DNA of 17,011 nt, taken from NCBI RefSeq assembly GCF_006345805.1, contig NW_021824546.1, positions 1 through 17,011 of the forward strand, given 5' to 3'. Below, piece by piece: positions 1 through 9,084 of this stretch (its first letter is position 1; every line of letters begins with the position of its first letter). Both the position numbers and the translations under genes were made by a program. The notes below the pieces were generated by a model. That model was not told where the DNA came from. It ran no database searches and worked only from the letters and a program-made list of their open reading frames with translations. The DNA comes from Octopus sinensis (lineage: Eukaryota).

Positions 1-35
1 CCTTCGTGCTAACGGTTCTGCCAGCTCACCGCCTT
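1..35 (-). mobile_element. 5' head of tRNA-derived SINE (family E), truncated by window edge
   Basis: Reverse complement reads AAGGCGGTGAGCTGGCAGAACCGTTAGCACG. This has an A-box-like TGGCAGAACCG and matches my recollection of a common octopus SINE head. Confidence 0.6.
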
Positions 36-280
36 GATTGTGTTGATATTAGAAATGGTGGTGGTCGATCTGCGATCGAACCAAAGAATTTATTTTACCA
101 GCCCTTTTTCAAATTGCTCATAATTACCTTTTGTCACCATTTATTGTTGGCCGAGTGAGAATTGAACTCATAATACACAAGACCAAATCAGATATGCATC
201 CAACTCTGGAACAATTTTCCGCTAACACATCGACCCTGGGGTGGCATATTCTTTACCTTCTTATTCTTTTTCTTTCTTTC

Positions 281-375
281 TTTGATCTCCAAATAACGAA
301 AGCAAAGTTGACCACGCCGTGATTTGAACCCGGTATCTGCAAAATACCGAGAGATATTATATCCAAAATTCTAAC
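281..375 (-). mobile_element. Degenerate family E SINE fragment
   Basis: GCAAAGTTGACCACGCCGTGATTTGAACCC resembles GCAAAGTCCACCTTGGCCAGGTTTGATCTC at 5888-5917. The reverse complement contains a B-box-like GGGTTCAAATC. Confidence 0.4.
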
Positions 376-511
376 AGCAATAATTCTTTTTTATAACAAA
401 AAAAACGAGAAGAATTTTTGGGTCAACAGGAATTTGCATAATTAGAATACTAATTATGAATTCTGATTGAATATTCGTTGCATATTGATTGTGAATCTAT
501 GTATGTACATA

Positions 512-887
512 GTGGAGGCGCAATGGCCCAGAAGTTAGGGCAACGGATTTGCAGTCGTAGGATCGCGGTTTTGATTCCCAGACCGGGTGTTGTGTTTATT
601 TGGCAAAAGCACTTAAAGCTCCACAAGGCTCCAGTAGGGGGTGGTGACGAACCCTACTGTACTCTTTCACTCCAACTTTCTCTCACTCTTTCTTCCTTTT
701 TCTGTTGTACCTGTATTTCGAAGGGTCAACCTTGTCATACTTTGTGCCACTCTGAATCTCCCCGAGAACTACATTAAGGGTACACGTGTCTATGGAATGC
801 TCAGCCACTTGCACGTTAATTTCACGAGCAGGCTGTTCCGTTGATTGGATCAACTGGAACACTCATCGTCGTAACCGACGGAGTGCC
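512..887 (+). mobile_element. Full-length tRNA-derived SINE, family B copy 1 (tail type 1)
   Basis: Starts GTGGAGGCGCAATGGCCCAG, with a B box GGTTTTGATTCC at 567-578. The first ~190 nt align to 6992-7180 and to the reverse complement of 8890-9084. It has its own 3' part, ending GTAACCGACGGAGTGCC. Confidence 0.85.
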
Positions 888-904
888 GTAGTTAATGTAT
901 GTAT

Positions 905-1309
905 CTCTTATTCTTTTACTTGTTTCACTCATTTGACTGCGGCAATGCTGGAGCAATGCCTTAAAGAGTTTCTAGTAGAAGAAATCGACCCCATGGTCTT
1001 ATTCTTTGCAAGCCTGGTACTTTTTCTATCGAACTCTTTTGCCGAAGCGCTAAGTTACGAGGATGTAAACACACCAGCATCGGTTGTCAAGTGATGGGGG
1101 GAACAAACACACACCACACACACACCACACACGTACACGCACACACACATACGACGGGCTTCTTTCAGTTTACCAAATCCACTCACAAGGCTTTGGTCGG
1201 CCCAAGGCAATAGTAGAAGACACTTGCCCAAGATGCCACGCAGTGGGACTGAACCTGAAACCATGCGGTTGGGAAGGAAGCTTATTACCACACAACCACG
1301 GCTGCGCCT
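905..1309 (-). mobile_element. Full-length tRNA-derived SINE, family A, with internal (CA)n
   Basis: Colinear with 8281-8727. The reverse-complement head has A box TGGTTGTGTGG, B box GGTTCAGTCCC and a CORE-like CTTGGGCAAGTGTCTT. The tail reads CTTTTACTTGTTTCACTCATTTGACTGCGGC on the + strand. Confidence 0.9.
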
Positions 1310-1323
1310 ATCTTATATCGTCT

Positions 1324-1480
1324 ATCTTTCATTTGTATCAGTCACCAGACTGCATCCAAGTCTAGTACCTACTCCTTTGGTTTCTTTTACCGAACCGCTA
1401 AGTTACAGGGACGTAAATCAACAGGCATCGGTTGTCATGCTGTGGGGACAGGTACAAACACAAACACACGATCACACACA
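1324..1480 (-). mobile_element. Family A SINE 3' fragment, internally deleted
   Basis: CCGAACCGCTAAGTTACAGGGACGTAAATCAACAGGCATCGGTTGTC matches 1043-1089 and 8418-8460. It ends at the internal microsatellite. Confidence 0.75.
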
Positions 1481-1575
1481 CACTCACATACTTATACATA
1501 CATATATATTCTATATATTCATATATGTGTGTATGTGTGTGAGCGTGAGTGTGTGTGTGTGTGTTGTGTGCGTGC

Positions 1576-1612
<37 letters not shown>

Positions 1613-1618
1613 GTGTAT
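1454..1618. repeat. Compound microsatellite (CA)n-(TA)n-(TG)n
   Basis: Seen directly. The CA-rich left arm is complementary to the TG-rich right arm. Confidence 0.9.
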
Positions 1619-1869
1619 GCAAGTAGCTGTAGTCTGTGAGTGGATATAATAGGAAATGAATAATCAATCGTAAAAAGCAATCACACAAATAAGCCAAGAA
1701 AAAAAATATAACAAAATAAAATTATTCTGGCTGAAATAAAAATCAGTTTAAAAAGTAAACATTTAATAAATTAAATGAAAAGAAAATCATGTGATTAATC
1801 GATCACAAAATAAATATATAAACAAATAAATAATTTTTAGTAATGAATGTAAAAGAAAAGGAGTTAACC

Positions 1870-1880
1870 AAAATGGCGGC
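1870..1880 (+). promoter_or_regulatory. Perfect YY1-type motif AAAATGGCGGC in a repeat-free island
   Basis: Exact match to the YY1 consensus AANATGGCGGC. Poly-A/T-rich DNA lies upstream and G-runs lie at 1976-2002. Motif only, with no functional evidence. Confidence 0.35.
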
Positions 1881-2149
1881 GCTATTAAATTTGCGGTCTT
1901 GCGGAAAGGGAAATTTTTACGAACATATATCTTGCTATCAAACATTGAATCGTACAAAGAGAGATAGAAAAAGGTGGGGGGGAGAAGCGGGGGGGGAGGG
2001 GGAAAAATAAGCTGTAATGCAAACTGAGATTGTTAACTTACAATATAGACAAAATCTCATTTACTGTTTCAGCATTTACTTACATCCCTTGTTAATTTAA
2101 TTAAACACGTGACACCTGCTATGTCTTAAGTGAACAGCAGCACGGAATG

Positions 2150-2316
2150 GTGGCGTATACATGTTTAACATACATTAACACTCTTGTACAAACATGAGCA
2201 GAGATGTACATACATGCACATACATGTAGATACATGCACGACACACATTGACATAAGTATGTTTCTACACGCAGACACTTATGCAAGCTACAGGGCAATA
2301 ATGTACATGCATATAT

Positions 2317-2353
<37 letters not shown>

Positions 2354-2496
2354 CATACATACATATATACATATAACACACACATATATACATACATATA
2401 ACATGTATATATATAGTATATACATATATATATACATATACATATATACATACGTATAACATGTATATATATATAAATATACATATATATATATAC

Positions 2497-2528
<32 letters not shown>

Positions 2529-2770
2529 AGCGAGAGATAGTGTGAGACATATAGACATACATGCATATACCCAAACATGTATGTGTACATGAACAAATAT
2601 ATATTTAATGATGCAGACACATGCACGTACACGCATACACGCATAGACAACTGAACATACACCGAGACGGATGTGAGTATATTATGTATACCTGCAGAGA
2701 AACCATATCTACCCACAAAAGTATATATGTGTGTGTGTGTGTGCTTGTACATAATACATATATATTTATC

Positions 2771-2831
<61 letters not shown>

Positions 2832-2835
2832 AATA

Positions 2836-2886
<51 letters not shown>

Positions 2887-3550
2887 GTATATGCATATAT
2901 GTATGTATGTATCTTTTTATACATATAGAGGGAAATTCCAAGACACCAACATACATTCATACACACACTGGCACACACACATACGCACGCACAGACCCAC
3001 ACACACGGGTACACACCAATGCAAGCACATAGGCGCGTTTATGCAAATAAAGGCAGACGGGGATGCATACAACACTACGCATGCGCGTAAATGCTTTCAT
3101 TCCTGTCTGCGCGCGTAGACTCGTGACCACCTTGACATACATACACACACACATATATCTATACATACATAAACAAGTAAGTTATATATGTATACATACA
3201 AACACGCACACTTACACACACACGCACATACACGCACACACACACATATAGTTTCATATACATTCAGAGATACACACAACTAGGCATTCTAAATCAATAT
3301 ACACATGTATTCACGTATAAATACACACAGAAGAAATACCTTTACATACACACACATACACATACATACATACATACATGCATACATACATACATACATA
3401 CATACATGCATACATACATACATACATACATACATACATGCATACATACATACATACATACACGCATGCATACGCGCATACAAATTTGTACGTACTCTTA
3501 CGAACAATGAAATGCACGCATGCAGACATATGAAATAATACATACATGCA
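2150..3550. repeat. Large compound (AT)n/(AC)n/(ACAT)n microsatellite field
   Basis: Purest (AT)n at ~2310-2530 and ~2755-2900. (ACAT)n with GCAT interruptions at ~3350-3465. Confidence 0.95.
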
Positions 3551-3551
3551 C

Positions 3552-3650
3552 ACGGGATGATCACGGTTGGCACGCCTCTGAAAATGGAGGAGGCTGCTCA
3601 ATCAGGGCCGACCTAGAGTTGAGCATCATCATCGCCATCAACAACGACAC
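3552..3650 (+). mobile_element. 3' end of interspersed repeat family C with (CAT/CAA)n tail
   Basis: GGTTGGCACGCCTCTGAA and CTGCTCAATCAGGGCCGACC resemble GCTGGAATGCCTTGAA (9709) and CTGCTCCATCGGGGCTAAACC (9922). Confidence 0.5.
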
Positions 3651-3779
3651 AACATCCGCATCCATATTCACTCGCGAATAAACGGACGTGAAGCGAATTC
3701 TGTCCCATACGTAAAGCAGCATTTAAGCACTAACACAATGTGAAATGTGTACCTAACTTATGGGACACCAGGTTTATAC

Positions 3780-3926
3780 GGAGACACACACTTATACAAA
3801 CGCACATACGGACATACACACAAATACATGCACACAAACACATACATACATGTACGTATGTGTGTGTATGTGTGTATTATACATAGAGGCATGCACACAT
3901 ACATGTAGACAGACATACGTACGTAC

Positions 3927-3987
<61 letters not shown>

Positions 3988-4200
3988 AAACTTTATCTGC
4001 TATCATTCTTAATCTACTATCATCTTTAGAATAGTCTTCTTCCCATATATATATATATATATATAGTATATATATATATATAGACATATATATATATATA
4101 TAAATGTATATATATATATGTAATATATGTATGTGTGTATATATATGTATATATATAGTATGTATATAGTATATTTATATATATATATGTACTATATATG

Positions 4201-4235
<35 letters not shown>

Positions 4236-4480
4236 TTATAAATATATATATGTATGTTTATTATATATATATATATGTGTGTGTGTATGTAAATATATGT
4301 ATGTGTATATATATGTATGCATATATACACATACAGACATATATATGTATATATATATATGTGTGTGCGTGTGTATATATTTATATATATGTACGTCTGT
4401 ATATATGTGTATGTATATATATATATACATATAAAACCATACACATATACATATATATTTATACGTCTGTACACACACAC
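3780..4480. repeat. (AC/ACAT)n, (CT)n at 3932-3984 and long (AT/ATGT)n
   Basis: Seen directly. Confidence 0.95.
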
Positions 4481-4513
4481 ATAATCTCTGTGTCACCAAA
4501 CTCTCTTGCCTGT

Positions 4514-4567
4514 CCCCCACCCCGCTTCCACCCTTCCACCCCCAACCCTCCCCCCACCCTATTCCCC
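4514..4567 (-). other. Putative G-quadruplex motif
   Basis: More than four runs of at least 3 C on the + strand with short loops (CCCCCACCCC...CCCCCAACCCTCCCCCCACCCTATTCCCC). Confidence 0.5.
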
Positions 4568-4692
4568 GGTACCTAATTACTTAAACTTATCTCAACATGT
4601 ACCACCTCACTGTTAACAATCTCAACCAAATTATTCATTTAGACGTCATTAGGCTTAATTGTAATTACTTTTTTTTAGTTAGTTTCTTTGTT

Positions 4693-4953
4693 GACGACGA
4701 TGATGATGATGATCGGGAGGAAGAGGAGGAGGAGGAGGATGATGATCATGGTAATAATGACGATGACATTGAAGATGACGACGACGATGACGATGACGGT
4801 GGTGGCAGTTGTGATGTTTGTGACGACGACGATGGAGATGATGCTGCTGCTGCTGATGATAATGATGATGGTGATGATGGTGACGATGATGACGATAGTG
4901 ATGATGATGACGATGATGACGATGATGATGATGACGATATGTGATGATGATGG

Positions 4954-4993
<40 letters not shown>

Positions 4994-5395
4994 ATGATGA
5001 TGATGGTGATGATGATGATGATGACTGACGATGGATGAGATGGTGATGATGAGTGATGATGATGACTGATGATGATGATGATGTTGATGATGATGGTGGG
5101 ATGATGATGATGATGATGATGACGATGATGAGATGATGATGATGATGGTGATGATGATGATGATGATGACGATGATGATGATGATGATATATGGTGAAGA
5201 TGACTGATGAGATATGATGATGATGATGATGATGATGACGATATATGATGATGATGGATGGGATGATGATGATGATGAGCGATGATGATGATGATGAGGA
5301 TGGTGATGGGGACGACGACGACGATGACGACAATGATGATGATGACGATGATGATGATGATGACGATGATGATGATGATGATGATGACGATGATG

Positions 5396-5437
<42 letters not shown>

Positions 5438-5525
5438 GTGACGATGATGGCGATGGTGATGATGTTGAAGGTGACGAGGATGGTGACGATGTTGGCGATG
5501 GAGGCGTTAGTGGTAATGATGATGA
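4693..5525. repeat. ~830-bp (GAT/GAC/GGT)n trinucleotide tract
   Basis: Seen directly. It is the source of the poly-D, poly-M and poly-S ORFs. Confidence 0.95.
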
Positions 5526-5606
5526 AAACGAGGAGAGGAGGTGGTCGTCTTGGTTATAATGATGCGTAGGATGCTGAAGAGGAGAAGAGGCTAAAGAAAC
5601 GAGTAC

Positions 5607-5607
<1 letters not shown>

Positions 5608-5702
<95 letters not shown>

Positions 5703-5793
5703 TAGTGTAGTAGTAGTAATAGTAGTAGCAGTAGCAGTAGTAGTAGGAGGAGGAGAGGAGGAGGAGGAGGAGAGGAGGAGGAGCAGCAGCAGC
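5608..5793. repeat. (AGT)n-(AGC)n-(AGT)n-(AGG)n-(AGC)n compound repeat
   Basis: Seen directly. Confidence 0.95.
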
Positions 5794-5860
5794 AATATCG
5801 CCGAAGATACTTGGAGGGTACATTCGGTGATATCCAGAGCCCATCCAGCACAAGCTTCTT

Positions 5861-5927
5861 TCCTACTTTTCCCACCAAGGATAAACTGCAAAGTCCACCT
5901 TGGCCAGGTTTGATCTCAGAATGTAAA
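5861..5927 (-). mobile_element. Degenerate family E SINE fragment
   Basis: GCAAAGTCCACCTTGGCCAGGTTTGATCTCAGAATGTAAA is similar to 302-335. Confidence 0.45.
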
Positions 5928-5951
5928 AATCACTAACTAAATTACTAACAT

Positions 5952-6003
5952 GCGCAGGCATGGCTGTGTGGTTAAAAAAAAAACCTCTTTGCGATCACGT
6001 GTT
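5952..6003 (+). mobile_element. Family A-like SINE head fragment
   Basis: GCGCAGGCATGGCTGTGTGGTT matches the reverse complement of 6627-6647 and of 8705-8727. Confidence 0.55.
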
Positions 6004-6149
6004 ATGCCCTCCACACAGTCGGTGCCTAAAACCGCCAGCGAGGTACCACCTTGATGCTAAAACAATCTATAATGGCCTTCCATAAATAATACAAATTCTA
6101 CATTTTTTAATGATTTTCTTTCAAGTCAATTTTCCTTCGAAGAATAGAA

Positions 6150-6448
6150 ATGGTTAGAGCGTCGGGCTGTGTGTTGTGTTCTTGAGCAAGACACTTCATT
6201 TCACGTTGCTCCAGTTCACTCATTTGTAGAAATGAGTTGTGATGTCACTGGTGCCAAGCTGTATCGGCCCCTTTGCCTTTCCCTTGGATAACATCGGTGG
6301 CATGAAACAGGGAGGCTGGTATGCATGGGCGGTCGCTCGTCTTCCATAAACAACCTTGCCCGGACTTGTGTTTGGAGGATAACTTTCTAGGTACAATCCC
6401 ATGGCCCTTCATGAATAAAGTGTGGGTGTGGGGTATTTACCCTTTTAC
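6150..6448 (+). mobile_element. CORE-type SINE body with most of the tRNA head deleted
   Basis: GTGTTCTTGAGCAAGACACTTCATTTCACGTTGCTCCAGTTCACTCATTTGTAGAAATGAG (6174-6235) resembles the MIR/CORE domain. An octopus CORE-SINE (OR2) is known, but I cannot confirm that name here. Confidence 0.7.
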
Positions 6449-6457
6449 GAGGTGATT

Positions 6458-6529
6458 GCCGGTCCGGGAATCGAACTCACTACCTCGTTCTGTGAGCCTG
6501 ACGCTCCAGCCACTGAGCCATGCGCCTTC
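6458..6529 (-). mobile_element. Isolated tRNA-like SINE head with intact A and B boxes
   Basis: Reverse complement GAAGGCGCATGGCTCAGTGGCTGGAGCGTCAGGCTCACAGAACGAGGTAGTGAGTTCGATTCCCGGACCGGC has A box TGGCTCAGTGG and B box GTTCGATTC. Confidence 0.75.
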
Positions 6530-6530
6530 A

Positions 6531-6647
6531 CAAGCCTAGTACTTGTAACGGGGGACAAACCCAACACAGCCGTAGAGACAAATACACATGCGCTTCAAAA
6601 CCCGTGGCTTCGAAGCGAACTTCTTCAAAACACAGCCATGCCTGCGT
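6531..6647 (-). mobile_element. Heavily internally deleted family A-like SINE
   Basis: Three pieces match parts of 8281-8727: head ACACAGCCATGCCTGCG, mid GGGGGACAAAC and CAAGCCTAGTACTTGT. Confidence 0.6.
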
Positions 6648-6991
6648 TTATATAAGATATTAATTTTTCTCCATCTCCAAAGACGAGGTTAATAATCTAA
6701 AAAGATTTTAATCTCATTAACGACAACTCATTTCACATATTTAAGATTTTAATTTCTATTAAGTTTCCACCAAAAAAAAGAAATTTAGTTTTCATTGATT
6801 ATAATAATGAGGCGACGTTCCATCATCATTCGCTGATATTTAATGTATGAACGGCACTGAAGTCAACCATTTTATCGGCGTTAATGATCTCAGGTGTCGT
6901 ATCTCTGCCAAGATAGAATATTCCAATTCTTTAATTACAAAAATAGAATTCAGCAATCTCGGTGCTTTGTTAGTACAGAAGCAGCAACAAC

Positions 6992-7359
6992 GTGGAGGCG
7001 CAATGGCCCAGTAGCGGACTCGCGGTCGGAGGATCGCGGTTTCGATTCCCAGGCTGGGCATTGTGTATGTTTATTGAGCGAAAGCACCTAAAGCTCTTCG
7101 AGGCTCCGGCAGGGGGTGGTGGCGACCCCTGTTGTACTCTTTCGCTCCAACTTTCTCTCACTCTTTCTTCCTGTTTCTTGTCCTGACTTCCTACGCAACT
7201 GCTGAGCCTGTTGTGCATTCATCCATCCGTCGATGCTCTCGGTGTGTCGGAGGTTGACCTGCTTTCTTTTCTGCGGGTCTTACGAATAACAAAGGACCAC
7301 GTTTCGGATTTCTTCCATCTTGCGAGCTCTGGGACGAAGACCGTTCGCTCAACAGCAAC
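6992..7359 (+). mobile_element. Full-length family B SINE copy 2 (tail type 2) with 12-bp TSD
   Basis: The head and body align to 512-703. It has a distinct 3' part from 7181 and a CAA/CAG tail. AGCAGCAACAAC occurs at 6980-6991 and 7360-7371. Confidence 0.85.
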
Positions 7360-7389
7360 AGCAGCAACAACAGCAAGAATAATAACCGT

Positions 7390-7975
7390 TGCTGTTGCTG
7401 TTTAATACTGGTAGTACTGGGCAGTTTTATCTATAGTCAAGTTTTTCAGGCGTGACCATCCTTCCTTTCATACAGACAACGAATTTTGGACTACGTTCTC
7501 CATGGGTCACGTTTTTGTATTTGCATATGATTTGCGAGAGATTAGGCTGCTATCTCTTGTAGGTCGTACGATGATGTAGAGCAATGATTCTCAGCCGGGT
7601 TCCATATAAGTTCCCTGAGGGTCCATATAAGATTTTGGGCGTCCATGCAATAAAGTAGCAAATTCGGGATCCACAATATCATTTTAATGGCCCCTGAAAA
7701 ACTTTTACTTTATGTGTATAGATTTGTGTGTATTACAAGAAACAGCGAGTTTTCTTTCTCTAACATTTTACAGAGTTTAACATACACCAGCTTACGGGGG
7801 GGGGAACAAAATAGGAATTTTGACAGAAGGTGTCCATAAAACTAGTTTTTAAATATGGAATGGCTAGGAGGGTCCACCAGAATAAAATAGTAATCAAAGG
7901 GACCCATGGATAAAAAAAAAGTAGCTGGGAATCCCTGGTCTAGAGGCTCTTTTCATTGGTTCCTGATGCCTAGAT
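7390..7975 (-). mobile_element. Family C repeat copy, split by the hAT MITE
   Basis: The reverse complement of 7546-7566 (CGACCTACAAGAGATAGCAGC) resembles CAACTTGCTAGAAATAAC (14623) and TGACCTGCTAGAAA (9134). It has a GTT/GCT tail at 7388-7402. Degenerate. Confidence 0.45.
7582..7937. mobile_element. Non-autonomous hAT (Charlie-like) DNA transposon / MITE, 356 bp
   Basis: TIR CAATGATTCTCAGC versus the reverse complement of the right end, CAGGGATTCCCAGC (11/14). Flanking 8-mers ATGTAGAG (7574-7581) and GTCTAGAG (7938-7945) are 6/8 identical and fit the NTCTAGAN target preference of Charlie elements. Confidence 0.8.
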
Positions 7976-7979
7976 ATGC

Positions 7980-8130
7980 AGGTACCATGGGATTTACATG
8001 GTCATAACAGCCCAAAGTTCGACCAGTAAGAAACAGTAGCTACGTTCCCGTGAACGCACACCCTACCAGCTTATAAACAAAAGGATAAGCTGAACATTGT
8101 ACTCCTACATAGTGTACGCCTGAAACTAAA
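7980..8130 (+). mobile_element. Family C repeat copy, inverted relative to 7390-7975
   Basis: CGACCAGTAAGAAACAGTAGC...TACGCCTGAAA is similar to the reverse complement of TTTCAGGCGTG...GCTGCTATCTCTTGTAGGTCG. Confidence 0.45.
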
Positions 8131-8280
8131 CTGGAATGATCACAGTAGGAACGTACTTCTAATGTGGGGATGGTGGGGATCGAACCTCAACATTAATATC
8201 AACCAACAAAGGACAATTCTGTGCAATCACACGTATCTGACCATGACAAGAGGTTTATAATGTCTCGAAATTTCTATCAA

Positions 8281-8506
8281 CTCTTTTACTCTTTTTACTC
8301 TTTCACTTGTTTCAATCATTTGACTGCGGCCATGCTGGAGCACCGCCTTTAGTCGAGTAAATGGACCCCAAGACTTCTTCTTTGTAAGCCTAGTACTTGT
8401 TCTATCGGTCTCTTTTGCCGAACCGCTAAGTGACGGGGGACGTAAACACACCAGCATCGGGGACAAACACACCAGCATAGGGGGACAAACACAGACACAC
8501 AAACAC

Positions 8507-8561
<55 letters not shown>

Positions 8562-8727
8562 TACGACGAGATTCTTTCAGTTTCCATCTACCAAATCCAC
8601 TCACAAGGCTTTGGTCAGCCCGGGGCTATAGCAGAAGACACTTGCCCAAGATGCCACGCAGTGGGACTGAACCCGGAACCATGTGGTTGGTTAGCAAGCT
8701 ACTTACCACACAGCCACTCCTGGGCCT
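8281..8727 (-). mobile_element. Full-length, well-preserved family A SINE
   Basis: Colinear with 905-1309. It has A box TGGCTGTGTGG, B box GGTTCAGTCCC, an internal (CA)(TA)n at ~8490-8563 and a tandem CTTTTA tail. Confidence 0.9.
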
Positions 8728-8739
8728 AACTACTTAATC

Positions 8740-9084
8740 TTTTCTTTATGTTTGTTGTTGTGCTTTTCTGTTTCATCTTTTTTATCGCCCTTTTCAAGCC
8801 TAGCCAGGCTCATGGACCCGGTTTCCTGGTTTCTGTGGCGTATGTGGTCCCCCCAGCTGGACGGGACGCCAGTCCATCGCAGCGTTACCCAAGAAACAGG
8901 AAGAAAGAGAGAGAAAGTTGGGGCGAAAGAGTACGACAGGGGTCGCCACCACCCCCTGCCGGAGCCTCGAGGAGCTTTAGGTGTTTTCTCTCAATAAGCA
9001 TACACAAGCCCGGTCTGGGAATCGAAACCGCGATCCTCCGACCACGAGTCCACTGCTCTAACCACTGGGCCATTGCGCCTCCAC
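8740..9084 (-). mobile_element. Full-length family B SINE copy 3 (tail type 3)
   Basis: The reverse complement of 8890-9084 aligns to 6992-7180 with intact A box TGGCCCAGTGG and B box GGTTTCGATTCC. It continues GGTAACGCTGCGATGGACTGGCGTCCCGTCCAGC to an A-rich tail. Confidence 0.85.

Noticed and set aside
3546-3577. Minus-strand microexon candidate (TTTTCAG|AGGCGTGCC...GCAT|GTATGT)
   Set aside because: It lies in a family C repeat fragment and the donor is supplied by the (ATGT)n microsatellite.
2119-4576. Many YI/HT/CV/MYVC-repeat ORFs
   Set aside because: Translations of (AT)n, (AC)n and (ACAT)n.
4597-5559. Poly-Asp ORFs resembling acidic biomineralisation proteins such as molluscan Aspein
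   Set aside because: They are direct translations of a (GAT)n microsatellite, with no signal peptide, non-repetitive domain or convincing splice context. Such tracts are common in this type of genome.
4746-5891. Longest ORF (381 aa, - strand)
   Set aside because: Homopolymeric L/S/H/T runs from trinucleotide repeats that lack stops. Its N-terminus lies in a SINE fragment.
6004-6110. Possible additional repeat fragment (GGTGCCTAAAACCGCCAGCGAGGTACCACCTTGATGC)
   Set aside because: It looks like a transposon fragment, but there is no second copy, TIR or TSD in the window to support a call.
6458-6529. Possible tRNA gene (also the heads at 512, 6992 and 9084)
   Set aside because: A and B boxes are present, but I could not build a proper acceptor stem or cloverleaf, and the heads are joined to or homologous with SINE bodies. 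tRNAscan-SE would settle it.
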